Shown: positions 9,127 through 18,156, counted from the stretch's first letter. The stretch is 20,951 nt of DNA from Vulcanimicrobiota bacterium (GCA_963733295.1 CAVTCS010000002.1:1-20951), one strand, 5' to 3'. A program made the numbers and translations. The notes: generated from the sequence alone by a model not told the origin.

Positions 9127-9878
9127 ACGCGATAGAATTGAACGGCATAACGCTTCGGCGCCGCACCCAGGAGGAGCTAACGTACGACCTCAAGCGGTTG
9201 ATCTTCCACTCTCTGACGAACCGTTATCGCAAACCCAAACGCCGCACCGTCTTAAACGATGTGACTCTTACCATCGCTAAAGGCGAAAAAATTGGCATCA
9301 TAGGCCCAAACGGATCCGGTAAATCGACGCTCCTAAAGGTCATTTGCGGAATACTCTCGCCGTCTTCCGGTCGCGTCACCGTACACGGAAGAATCGCGCC
9401 GCTGATCGAACTTGGTGCGGGTTTCGATCCAAACATGTCGGTTATCGACAACATCGTCTTTTACGGTGTTCTCTTGGGATTCCCCGAGGTCGATATGCGG
9501 GGGCGCGTCGAGTCGATTCTGATGTTCGCCGAACTCGAAGATCACGCGAGAGAACCTCTGAAAGCCTTGTCCTCCGGGATGCTGGCGCGTCTCGGCTTTG
9601 GAATCGCGACCGACGTTCACCCCGATATTCTCCTGCTCGACGAAGTCTTATCGGTTGGAGATCAGAACTTTCGCGCGAAATCGAACGCACGCATGCAAGA
9701 ACTTTGGACGGAGCATTCGACGATCGTTCTCGTGTCACACGAACTCGAGTTCATCGAAAGCGCGTGCACGCGCGCACTGTGGATGCAGGACGGCCGTGTC
9801 GCGATGTTGGGCCCTGCTGCGGAAGTAACGGCTCGCTACCGCAATTCCGCAGGAGTACCGCCGCTCTTACCGGTTTAA
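9123..9878 (+). CDS. wzt: ABC polysaccharide exporter ATP-binding subunit (NBD only)
   Basis: Walker A GPNGSGKST, ELGAGFDP, signature LSSGM, Walker B ILLLDEVLSVGD, H-loop VSH. GTG start at 9123 is coupled to the wzm stop. 251 aa. Confidence 0.92.
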   Translation: MNAIELNGITLRRRTQEELTYDLKRLIFHSLTNRYRKPKRRTVLNDVTLTIAKGEKIGIIGPNGSGKSTLLKVICGILSPSSGRVTVHGRIAPLIELGAGFDPNMSVIDNIVFYGVLLGFPEVDMRGRVESILMFAELEDHAREPLKALSSGMLARLGFGIATDVHPDILLLDEVLSVGDQNFRAKSNARMQELWTEHSTIVLVSHELEFIESACTRALWMQDGRVAMLGPAAEVTARYRNSAGVPPLLPV

Positions 9879-9888
9879 AGAAGAGTCG

Positions 9889-11802
9889 CTACACGATCTC
9901 CACGCGGATCGAATAGTCTTCATGATCGAGCGTAAGATTTGGGCTATAGCTCGGATCGTGCGCGATGATGCCGGCCCATCGCTCACGCATCTTGGCCTGT
10001 TCTGCGAGGCTGCGAGCGATTTTGAACGTGCCAACGTCGTGGCCGCGGCTTTTCGATTCGAAATGATAGAGCTGAACGTGCGGCAGGTTGACGATGCGAT
10101 AACCGGCTTCGACAATCTTCAAGCACAGGTCGATGTCGTTGAACGCAACGGTCAGTTGCTCGTCGAATCCTCCGACTCGATCGAACACGTCGCGACGCGT
10201 CATCAGGCAGGCACCCGTCACCGCAGAGTAGTTGTTGATCGCCTTGAGCATATTACCGTGACCGCTCGCCGATTGCGAGAAGTGCTTGTGGCTGTGACCG
10301 GCTACGCCTCCTAGCCCGACTACGACGCCCGCGTGCTGCACTGTCTCGTCGGCATAGAGGAGGAGCGCTCCAACGGCGCCGATGCTGGGACGTTGCGCCT
10401 GCTCGACCATCGCCGCAATCCAGTCTTCGCTCTTAGCTTCGGTATCGTTGTTGAGAAAAAGCAGATAGTTGCCCGAACTCTGCGTGACCGCGTAGTTGTT
10501 GATGCGCGAAAAATTGAAGGGTACATCGTAACGCACGACTTTGACATGCGGTTTTTTCCGTGCCCAACGCGCAAACGTCGCAAGCGACTCTTTGTCGGTG
10601 CTGCCGTTATCGAGCAAAACCACTTCGATATCGTCGTAGCCGCCTTTGGCGAAAAGCGCCGAAAGACTGCGATCCACGTCGCGGCCATGGTCGCGTGTGG
10701 GAATGATTACGCTCACTCGCTTAGGGTCGCGGATCGCGTACCTGACGATATAGACTCCGGCGCAATCGGCGCGCTCGCTCACGGTTCCCGGTTCGCCGCG
10801 CCGCTCGAGCGCCTCGGCGATCGCGCGCTCGGCGGCTATCGAACTATACGGTTTGGCATTGGCAATCCCCGACGCAGAATTGCCGTGTTTTCGCCAATGG
10901 TAGAGTACGCGCGGGATGTGGTGGATCTTGGAAGTCCGCTCGGTTAGGCGCAAGACGAAGTCGTAGTCCTGGCTGCCGGCAAACTCGACGCGGAAACCAC
11001 CCAACTCCTCGACTATCGAACGCCGATACACGCCAAAGTGGCAGGTATACATCCGTGACAGAAACGAGTCGGGCGACCAGTCGGGCTTGAAGTGCGGCTC
11101 GCAATACACGCCCGTCTCGTCGATCTTGTCCTCGTCGGAATAAAGCATGTCTACGTCGGGAAAGCGATTGATCGCCAGAGCCACTTCGAAGAGCGCATCG
11201 GGCGAGAGGACATCGTCGTGATCGAGAAACCCTACGAACTCTCCGCTTGCTAGTTCGAGCGCCGAGTTACTCGCTCGCGCAATGTGCCCGTTCTCGGAGC
11301 GGTAGACCACTTTGATCCGCGCGTCGAGCACGGCGTACTCTTCCAAGGTTTTGCGAACGTGTGGCTGCGTCGAAGCATCATCAGCGACGCACAGCTCCCA
11401 AAACGGATAGGCTTGGGCGCGAACCGAGTCGATCGCTTCGCGCAAGAACCTCTCGGGCGGGTCGAACGTCGCCATGATCACGCTGATCGTGACCTGCCGA
11501 GGCAGCGTCTCGGACATCTCGCGCATCCGCGCGACATCCGAAGAACGAACCATATTGCGCTGTAGCCAGCGTGCATACGGCCGGGCTGCTTCCGCGGAAC
11601 TCGCGAGAAGCGGCGGAACTCGATAAGGAGGCCAAGCTCCGTCGGCCGAAAAGCCGAGCTTCTTCTTCAGAGCAAAAAAGGCGTTGCGAACTTTCCAGAA
11701 CCGGCTCAACTCCATTGAACGAATTCGCCGGCTCATATCGTCAATGAGCGGCTGAAGATTCGTCGCGTATTCGGTCGCCGGCGGACGCTCTGGATCGTTC
11801 AC
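9889..11802 (-). CDS. Glycosyltransferase with two GT2 domains (GT-A), probable polymerising/rhamnosyl-type transferase
   Basis: Domain 1: ISVIMATFD, VADDAS, FLDHDD, YSDEDK, GSQDYD, LYHWR. Domain 2: VSVIIPTRD, LDNGS, FNFSRINN, FLNNDTE, SAVTGACL, FNDIDLCL, HFESKSRG. Confidence 0.92.
   Translation of the reverse strand: MNDPERPPATEYATNLQPLIDDMSRRIRSMELSRFWKVRNAFFALKKKLGFSADGAWPPYRVPPLLASSAEAARPYARWLQRNMVRSSDVARMREMSETLPRQVTISVIMATFDPPERFLREAIDSVRAQAYPFWELCVADDASTQPHVRKTLEEYAVLDARIKVVYRSENGHIARASNSALELASGEFVGFLDHDDVLSPDALFEVALAINRFPDVDMLYSDEDKIDETGVYCEPHFKPDWSPDSFLSRMYTCHFGVYRRSIVEELGGFRVEFAGSQDYDFVLRLTERTSKIHHIPRVLYHWRKHGNSASGIANAKPYSSIAAERAIAEALERRGEPGTVSERADCAGVYIVRYAIRDPKRVSVIIPTRDHGRDVDRSLSALFAKGGYDDIEVVLLDNGSTDKESLATFARWARKKPHVKVVRYDVPFNFSRINNYAVTQSSGNYLLFLNNDTEAKSEDWIAAMVEQAQRPSIGAVGALLLYADETVQHAGVVVGLGGVAGHSHKHFSQSASGHGNMLKAINNYSAVTGACLMTRRDVFDRVGGFDEQLTVAFNDIDLCLKIVEAGYRIVNLPHVQLYHFESKSRGHDVGTFKIARSLAEQAKMRERWAGIIAHDPSYSPNLTLDHEDYSIRVEIV
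10892..11549 (-). repeat. Inverted repeat copy 1 (658 bp), the first GT2 domain of GT-A
   Basis: Its reverse complement matches 14679-15336 with 4 mismatches by manual alignment. Confidence 0.95.
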
Positions 11803-11853
11803 TCAAATACTACTTGGAGGAGACTGCAAAGATACCGTCTAGTTAATGGGCCA

Positions 11854-12708
11854 ATGCTTTTCCGATTCCCGGCCGGCTTCCAGAAGCATCCGGAGCGGGC
11901 GCCAGGTTCCATCGACGAGGTGCGCGTACTCGACGGGGCCGCCGAACTCGAAGACGTGCCTGCCTCCAAGGAAGTTGCCCGCGGCTCCAGTTTGGTCGTG
12001 CGCGGCTGGGGTTTCGATCCCCTTGCCATGGCCCCCGCGGCGCAGATCGTTCTCACGATGGATGACCGTTTCGCCGTCGAGGCGACCTACGGCTCACGAC
12101 GCGACGACATTGCGGACCACTTTCAGCGCAGCGAGCTTGTTCCGACTGGATTTAGAGCTATAGTCTCGACCGGCGCAGCGGCGTTCGCGCCACACACGCT
12201 CCGGCTGTTCGTCCTGGCGAATGACGCCTCAACATATTTCGCAACATCGAGCAGCTATTCATTCGAAATAGTGCCCGCGCGCCAACAGATTCCGGGCCTG
12301 CGCGCGGCCGAGCCCGGGAACATCCACGTCGGCGTTGACGAAATCGGGACCATGGACAAGACCGCCGATTCGCGTTCGAACCTTACGGAGGTCGCTCGGG
12401 GCGCTATTCTCGTCATCCGCGGATGGGCTTTCGATATCGAGCACAAAGCGCCGTGCCGGCGTGTCTTCGTCAGTCTCGGCGACGAGTGTGTCCGCGCCAT
12501 TTACGGTATTCCGCGCGACGACGTCGTCCGAGACCAGAATACAGCCTCGGCGCGTCTCACCGGGTTCACGGCACGACTTAGCACGGCAACAATTCCACTA
12601 GGCCGCCACGCGCTGCGCCTAATCGGCATCGCGTCGGACGGTAGCGCCCTTTCAGAGTTTACGCATTCAGCGCAGATCGAGATCGTAGAAGGCGCTGGGG
12701 TCGTTTAA
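11854..12708 (+). CDS. Soluble protein with two tandem GW-type beta domains
   Basis: VVRGWGFDP..YGSRRDDIA..TGFRA..PHTLRL and VIRGWAFDI..YGIPRDDVV..TGFTA..GRHALRL. No signal peptide or transmembrane segment is evident. Its stop overlaps the convergent gene's stop (TTAA, 12705-12708). Confidence 0.7.
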   Translation: MLFRFPAGFQKHPERAPGSIDEVRVLDGAAELEDVPASKEVARGSSLVVRGWGFDPLAMAPAAQIVLTMDDRFAVEATYGSRRDDIADHFQRSELVPTGFRAIVSTGAAAFAPHTLRLFVLANDASTYFATSSSYSFEIVPARQQIPGLRAAEPGNIHVGVDEIGTMDKTADSRSNLTEVARGAILVIRGWAFDIEHKAPCRRVFVSLGDECVRAIYGIPRDDVVRDQNTASARLTGFTARLSTATIPLGRHALRLIGIASDGSALSEFTHSAQIEIVEGAGVV

Positions 12709-14177
12709 CGGCGCCCCTTTCTCCTCCACTCGCTAACACGAAACAGACTGATCATGCGTTTTAACGCCCAGAGTCGACTGCGGTACGTCGCTTGGATCGC
12801 CGCATCGGTCAACGCGATCTCTTCGAGGACTTTCCGGAGTTCCGACCTCGTCCGCTCTACTGCCGAGCGATGCAGCCGCGCGACCGAAGCCTCGAACGCT
12901 ATGCGGTCTGAGTTTAGCTTGAAAAGCTCGGCCTCGAGGGCCGCTCGCTTCTCATCGAATCGACCTTGCAGCTCCCGCAAGGCAACGTTCGTTCGCTCCA
13001 ACTCGACCTCGAGGGCCACTCGTTTCTCATCGAATTGACCTTGCAGGTCTCGTAGGGCGCCCTTCGTTTGTTCCAACAGGAGGTCGAGATCATTCGAACG
13101 CTTTCGTTCTTCCTCGAGGGCGGAATGCTCGCGCTCTGAGCTGAGCACGAGAACCGCGTGCTCGCGCTCCAACTGCGCCATCCGGTCGCGAATTGACTCG
13201 AGTTCCTCGACCTTCGCCTCTTTGTACCGCAGATCGGCCGCAAGGGCGTCGCGTATCGCTTGCGAGGAAGCGAGCGCCGCGGTTAAGCCGGCAACGTCCT
13301 CGCGGCGATCCCTGAGTTCATCGAGCAATTCCGACTCGGCAGCCTGGCGCTCTTCCTCGCGAAGCGCGTCCAAGTCGACTTGCAGGCGAGCGCTCTTCTC
13401 GTTGGCCGCGTGCAGTTCCGATTCGAGGGTCGAAACTCGCGAAGCTATCTCCGAGATTCTTTCCTCGTCGTTCAGCGGAACGGCTTTAACGATGAACTGC
13501 ACGGTGTCGTGCTCGGGGTCGGCACGAACTTGCGCGATAAGACCCTCGTCGAAGTCGTTCGGGTCGACCTGAGGCAAAAGATCAGTGGCGGTGAACAAGT
13601 CTGCCTTCGTGCGGCGAATCTCTTCGATGCGGTACCCGCTTCGCATACAAAGTTCGCGCACCGAGCGCAGCGTGAAAAATCGCAAGTGAGTTGCGTCCAG
13701 CAGTCCCTGGGGCTGATAATCGAACGACCCGCGCAGCAGAGCGAGTCGAACCGAACCGTGTGCGATGTTCGGGATCGAAAGAACGACGAACGAACCTGGG
13801 GCCAAGAAGGCGCGGGCTTCGTCGAGGACCCGCCAAGGGTCCCTAAGGTGCTCGAGGACATCGCCGAAAATGGCGGCGTCGAACGGCGTGCCCGGCAGCA
13901 AGTCCACAAGCGGCCGAGTATCAAGATCTGCGATGATGACTTCCTCGCAGAATGCGCGAGCCTCCGCCGCGGCCAGAGGATCGACTTCCACGCCGGTGAC
14001 TTGGCAGTTCCGCTGTTTGAGGAGGCGGGACATGAAGCCATTGGAGCAGCCTAGCTCGAGGATGCGCTTTCCGACCCCGACCATATCGAGCATGAGCGCA
14101 TGGCTCGTCTCGCCCTCGGGCTCCCGAACTTGGTCGAGCTTCGGGCGGGGGTAGAGGCTGCGTCTCGGGTCGATCAC
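12705..14177 (-). CDS. Class I SAM methyltransferase with a long C-terminal coiled coil (WbdD-like chain terminator/ruler)
   Basis: ILELGCSNG, GVEVD, FGDVLEHLRDPW, SIPNIAH, GLLDATHLRFFT, then more than 200 aa of E/L/R/A-rich helical sequence ending in SRLWALKRMISLFR. GTG start with GGGAG 7 nt upstream. Confidence 0.85.
   Translation of the reverse strand: MIDPRRSLYPRPKLDQVREPEGETSHALMLDMVGVGKRILELGCSNGFMSRLLKQRNCQVTGVEVDPLAAAEARAFCEEVIIADLDTRPLVDLLPGTPFDAAIFGDVLEHLRDPWRVLDEARAFLAPGSFVVLSIPNIAHGSVRLALLRGSFDYQPQGLLDATHLRFFTLRSVRELCMRSGYRIEEIRRTKADLFTATDLLPQVDPNDFDEGLIAQVRADPEHDTVQFIVKAVPLNDEERISEIASRVSTLESELHAANEKSARLQVDLDALREEERQAAESELLDELRDRREDVAGLTAALASSQAIRDALAADLRYKEAKVEELESIRDRMAQLEREHAVLVLSSEREHSALEEERKRSNDLDLLLEQTKGALRDLQGQFDEKRVALEVELERTNVALRELQGRFDEKRAALEAELFKLNSDRIAFEASVARLHRSAVERTRSELRKVLEEIALTDAAIQATYRSRLWALKRMISLFRVSEWRRKGRR
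12927..13058 (-). repeat. 75-bp-period in-frame duplication in the coiled-coil coding region
   Basis: 12927-12983 matches 13002-13058. They encode ALRELQGRFDEKRAALEAE and ALRDLQGQFDEKRVALEVE. Confidence 0.85.
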
Positions 14178-14311
14178 GGTTGAACTCCCGGAAAATCAGG
14201 TTGGACGATGCCTGTTTCTGCCCGAAGGGGTACCGGCACTGCCCGCAAGAAAGTCGCGTCAACCTGCTCGACATTCCTGCGGGCGATTCCCGGAATTCTC
14301 AAAAGGGCTTG

Positions 14312-16378
14312 ATGAACGGACGCGACTCGGTCTCCGGAGCAGAGCTGACTGACAATTTGCGGGAACTCGCCGAGGCGCGCCGGCGCTTGGAAGAACTGCG
14401 CGAAGCCTATGCGATCGTCGAGAAAAGCCGATTCGCTCAGCTTCGGCGAGCGTTTCGCAGTTTGAAGGCAGTTGCCGGCCTTGCTGATGTGGAGCCTCCC
14501 CTAGTATCCAACGGCGGCCGCCGTAGCGCAGCTACCATTGCACCGCTGGACTTCGACGTCGAACTGGCAAATCGGGTTCGCGAATCGGAGCGCGATCGGG
14601 CGACGCTGCTCGAGACGTTGCTCTTCGAACGCGCCCGGCTCGGAGATGACTACTGGCACTGGCTGGAGCGCAACATGATTCGTTCTTCGGATGTCGCGCG
14701 GATGCGCGAGATGTCCGAGACGCTGCCTCGGCAGGTCACGATCAGCGTGATCATGGCGACGTTCGACCCGCCCGAGAGGTTCTTGCGCGAAGCGATCGAC
14801 TCGGTTCGCGCCCAAGCCTATCCGTTTTGGGAGCTGTGCGTCGCTGATGATGCTTCGACGCAGCCACACGTTCGCAAAACCTTGGAGGAGTACGTCGCGC
14901 TCGACGCGCGGATCAAAGTGGTCTACCGCTCCGAGAACGGGCACATTGCGCGAGCGAGTAACTCGGCGCTCGAACTAGCAAGCGGAGAGTTCGTAGGGTT
15001 TCTCGATCACGACGATGTCCTCTCGCCCGATGCGCTCTTCGAAGTGGCTCTGGCGATCAATCGCTTTCCCGACGTAGACATGCTTTATTCCGACGAGGAC
15101 AAGATCGACGAGACGGGCGTGTATTGCGAGCCGCACTTCAAGCCCGACTGGTCGCCCGACTCGTTTCTGTCACGGATGTATACCTGCCACTTTGGCGTGT
15201 ATCGGCGTTCGATAGTCGAGGAGTTGGGTGGTTTCCGCGTCGAGTTTGCCGGCAGCCAGGACTACGACTTCGTCTTGCGCCTAACCGAGCGGACTTCCAA
15301 GATCCACCACATCCCGCGCGTGCTCTACCATTGGCGCAGGCACTCCAGCTCAACGGCCGTAGTGGGGACCAACAAACCCTACGCGTTCGCGAGCGCGATT
15401 CGGGCGCTTACCGAAGCACTCGAAAGACGGGGTGAGCCTGGGGTTGCGCGCGAGCGCGCGGACCATCCAGGTATCTACGTCGTGCGCTACAAGATTCGCG
15501 AACCGCGCCGCGTCTCGGTTATTATTCCAACCCGCGATCAGAGCCGGTATCTCGATCGTTGCCTGGAGTCGCTTTTCGCGAAGACTTCGTATGCCGATCT
15601 AGAGATTCTCATCGTTGACAATGGAAGCCGCGAAAAGGCCACTGACGAGGTCTTTCGCCGTTGGACCAAACGGGACGCTCGCGTCCGAGTGTTACCCTAC
15701 GATGTTCCCTTCAACTATTCCAAGATCAACAACTATGCGGTCGCGAAGTCGACCGGCGAATACCTCTTGTTGCTCAATAACGATACCGAGGCGCTCAGCG
15801 AGGGCTGGATCGAGGCGATGGTCGAGCAAGCGCAACGCCCGTCGATCGGCGCGGTCGGTGCCCTGCTCCTGTATCCGGACGATACCATTCAACACGCCGG
15901 TGTCGTAATTGGGATGCTCGGGTTGGCGGGACATGGTCACAAGAATCTGCCCGCGACCCATCCAGGTTACGTCGGCTTGCTGCGCTCGGTGCACAACTAC
16001 TCTGCTGTGACCGGGGCATGCCTCATGACACGTCGATCGGTTTTCGACCAGGTCGGCGGTTTGGACGAAAGCCTTGCGATCGCGTTCAACGACGTCGATC
16101 TCTGCCTTAAGCTGTGCGAAGCAGGGTACCGAAACGTTTTCCTTCCGCACGTGCGGCTCTACCATCACGAATCGAGAAGCCGCGGCGCCGAGGACACTTC
16201 AGAAAAGAAAAGTCGCTTCACGAATGAGATCAATCTCATGAGGTCGCGCTGGGGCGCATATATTGCAAATGACCCCTGCTACAATCCCAACCTTACCCTC
16301 ACGACTGAAGCCTTTGGGCTGCGGATCGCCGACGAAGATCGATTCCGTCAGTCGACGTTGGAACTCATTGCAACGTGA
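14312..16378 (+). CDS. Glycosyltransferase with two GT2 domains (GT-B), paralogue of 9889-11802
   Basis: Same two GT2 motif sets as GT-A. ATG 14312 (after AAGGG) is preferred over TTG 14180, whose coding region would overlap the RBS of the divergent gene. Its stop overlaps the rmlB start (GTGA). Confidence 0.9.
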   Translation: MNGRDSVSGAELTDNLRELAEARRRLEELREAYAIVEKSRFAQLRRAFRSLKAVAGLADVEPPLVSNGGRRSAATIAPLDFDVELANRVRESERDRATLLETLLFERARLGDDYWHWLERNMIRSSDVARMREMSETLPRQVTISVIMATFDPPERFLREAIDSVRAQAYPFWELCVADDASTQPHVRKTLEEYVALDARIKVVYRSENGHIARASNSALELASGEFVGFLDHDDVLSPDALFEVALAINRFPDVDMLYSDEDKIDETGVYCEPHFKPDWSPDSFLSRMYTCHFGVYRRSIVEELGGFRVEFAGSQDYDFVLRLTERTSKIHHIPRVLYHWRRHSSSTAVVGTNKPYAFASAIRALTEALERRGEPGVARERADHPGIYVVRYKIREPRRVSVIIPTRDQSRYLDRCLESLFAKTSYADLEILIVDNGSREKATDEVFRRWTKRDARVRVLPYDVPFNYSKINNYAVAKSTGEYLLLLNNDTEALSEGWIEAMVEQAQRPSIGAVGALLLYPDDTIQHAGVVIGMLGLAGHGHKNLPATHPGYVGLLRSVHNYSAVTGACLMTRRSVFDQVGGLDESLAIAFNDVDLCLKLCEAGYRNVFLPHVRLYHHESRSRGAEDTSEKKSRFTNEINLMRSRWGAYIANDPCYNPNLTLTTEAFGLRIADEDRFRQSTLELIAT
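14679..15336 (+). repeat. Inverted repeat copy 2 (658 bp), the first GT2 domain of GT-B
   Basis: Matches the reverse complement of 10892-11549. Three differences fall near 14887-14898 and one at 15322. Confidence 0.95.
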
Positions 16379-17397
16379 GCAGTTGGACCTTGCTGGTAAC
16401 CGGCGGCCTTGGCTTCATCGGTTCGCATTTCATACGCACCACTCTGAAGGAGCGACCGGGAGTCTTGATCCTCAACTTCGACGCTATGACGTATGCCGGA
16501 AACCCGGCCAACGTCGCCGACATCGCAAGCGATTCTCGCTATGCGTTCATGCGCGGTAACATTTGCGATACGAACGCCGTCGAGAGAGCGCTGTGCGAAG
16601 CCAAGATCGACGCCATCGTCAACTTCGCTGCGGAATCGCACGTCGACCGTTCGATTTTGGATCCCGAGGAGTTCTTGCGCACCGACATTCTGGGCACGCA
16701 CGTGTTGCTCGAGGCCGCACGGCGGCACCGAATCACCCGCTTCCTCCAAGTCTCTACGGACGAGGTTTACGGACACATCCCAAGTGGCAGTTCGCGTGAG
16801 AGTGATGCTCTCGAACCGCGATCGCCCTACGCGGCTAGCAAAGCCGGTGCCGACCTGCAAGTCCTAGCCTACGGCACGACATATGGTTCGCCGGTCGTCA
16901 TCTCGCGCGGTTCGAACACGTACGGTCCGAACCAGTACCCCGAGAAACTGATCCCGCTCTTTACGACAAATCTGCTCGACGGCGAACCGGTGCCGCTGTA
17001 TGGGGACGGCCGTCAGGTGCGCGATTGGATACACGTCGAGGATCATGCTCGCGGCATCCTTCACGTGCTCGAACGCGGTGACGACATGCACGTGTACAAT
17101 GTCGGCGGCGGCAACCCGCGGACCAACCTCGAAATCACCGAAAGGCTCCTCGAACTCTGCGGACGGACCTTCGAGACGCACGTCCGATACGTGACTGACC
17201 GTCCCGGTCACGATCGGCGCTACTCGCTCGACTGCACCAAGGCGCGGGGGTTGGGTTGGAGCCCCCGAAATGACTTCGAACATGGCCTCGCCGATACCGT
17301 GGCCTGGTACCGGGAGAACCCGAGCTGGTGGCGTCCAATTAAAAATGGTCAATTTGCGGAGTATTACAGGCGCCAGTACGCCGAAAGAGGGGGGTAG
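16375..17397 (+). CDS. rfbB: dTDP-glucose 4,6-dehydratase
   Basis: TGGLGFIGSHF, DAMTYAGN, FAAESHVDRSI, VSTDEVYG, PRSPYAASKA, NTYGPNQYPEKLIP, DRPGHDRRY. Confidence 0.96.
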   Translation: MSSWTLLVTGGLGFIGSHFIRTTLKERPGVLILNFDAMTYAGNPANVADIASDSRYAFMRGNICDTNAVERALCEAKIDAIVNFAAESHVDRSILDPEEFLRTDILGTHVLLEAARRHRITRFLQVSTDEVYGHIPSGSSRESDALEPRSPYAASKAGADLQVLAYGTTYGSPVVISRGSNTYGPNQYPEKLIPLFTTNLLDGEPVPLYGDGRQVRDWIHVEDHARGILHVLERGDDMHVYNVGGGNPRTNLEITERLLELCGRTFETHVRYVTDRPGHDRRYSLDCTKARGLGWSPRNDFEHGLADTVAWYRENPSWWRPIKNGQFAEYYRRQYAERGG

Positions 17398-18149
17398 TGA
17401 AGGGAATCATCCTGGCCGGCGGCCTCGGCAGCCGGCTGCGGCCGCTTACGAAGGTCACAAACAAGCATCTTCTGCCGGTCTACGACAAGCCGATGATTTA
17501 CTATCCCCTCGAGACGCTATGCCGGGCGGGAATCGCCGAGATCATGATCGTCACCGGCGGTAACTCGGCCGGCGATTTTCTGCGTTTGCTTGGTAACGGG
17601 CGCGAGTTCGGTCTTAAGCACATCGATTACACCTATCAGGAAGGCGAGGGCGGCATCGCCGACGCGCTGCGACTGTGCGAGCACTTCGCCGATAACGACC
17701 GCATCTGCGTCATCCTCGGCGACAACATCCTCCAAGATGACATCGGACCTTTCCGTAAACGTTTCGAAGCCCAACGCAGCGGTGCGCGAGTTCTTCTCAA
17801 AGAGGTCCCCGATCCCGAGCGCTTTGGGGTTCCGGAAATTTCCGGCGAGCGCATCGTCCGAATTGAAGAAAAACCCGCGGTTCCCAAGAGCGCCTACGCC
17901 GTGACCGGAGTCTATTTTTACGATCAGCGCGCGTTCGACTATATCCGCACGCTCAAACCCTCCGCTCGAAACGAGCTCGAAATCACCGACGTCAACAACG
18001 CCTATATCGACGCCGGCGACCTTTGCTACGACATCCTCGCCGGCTGGTGGACGGACGCCGGTCAATTCGAGAGTCTGCACCTAGCTGCAAATCTAGTCGC
18101 TGCCGAACGTGAGCGTGCGAAAGCACCACTCGTCGCGGCGGCTCGCTAG
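17397..18149 (+). CDS. rfbA: Glucose-1-phosphate thymidylyltransferase (short RmlA/SpsI-type)
   Basis: MKGIILAGGLGSRLRPLT, KHLLPVYDKPMIYYPL, LGDNI, DPERFGV, EEKP, SARNELEITD, WTDAG. Confidence 0.9.
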   Translation: MKGIILAGGLGSRLRPLTKVTNKHLLPVYDKPMIYYPLETLCRAGIAEIMIVTGGNSAGDFLRLLGNGREFGLKHIDYTYQEGEGGIADALRLCEHFADNDRICVILGDNILQDDIGPFRKRFEAQRSGARVLLKEVPDPERFGVPEISGERIVRIEEKPAVPKSAYAVTGVYFYDQRAFDYIRTLKPSARNELEITDVNNAYIDAGDLCYDILAGWWTDAGQFESLHLAANLVAAERERAKAPLVAAAR

Positions 18150-18156
18150 CGAACGA

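Noticed and set aside
14180..14311. 44-aa N-terminal extension of GT-B
   Set aside because: It would leave 2 bp between divergent genes and cover the methyltransferase RBS. More likely an intergenic/promoter region.
10892..15336. Composite transposon or IS interpretation of the inverted repeats
   Set aside because: The repeats are glycosyltransferase coding sequence. No transposase, terminal IRs or target-site duplication were seen.
15124..15435. Alternative-frame ORFs that appear twice (10844-11104 with 15124-15435, and 11284-11565 with 14501-14944)
   Set aside because: They are by-products of the 658-bp inverted repeat, not independent genes.
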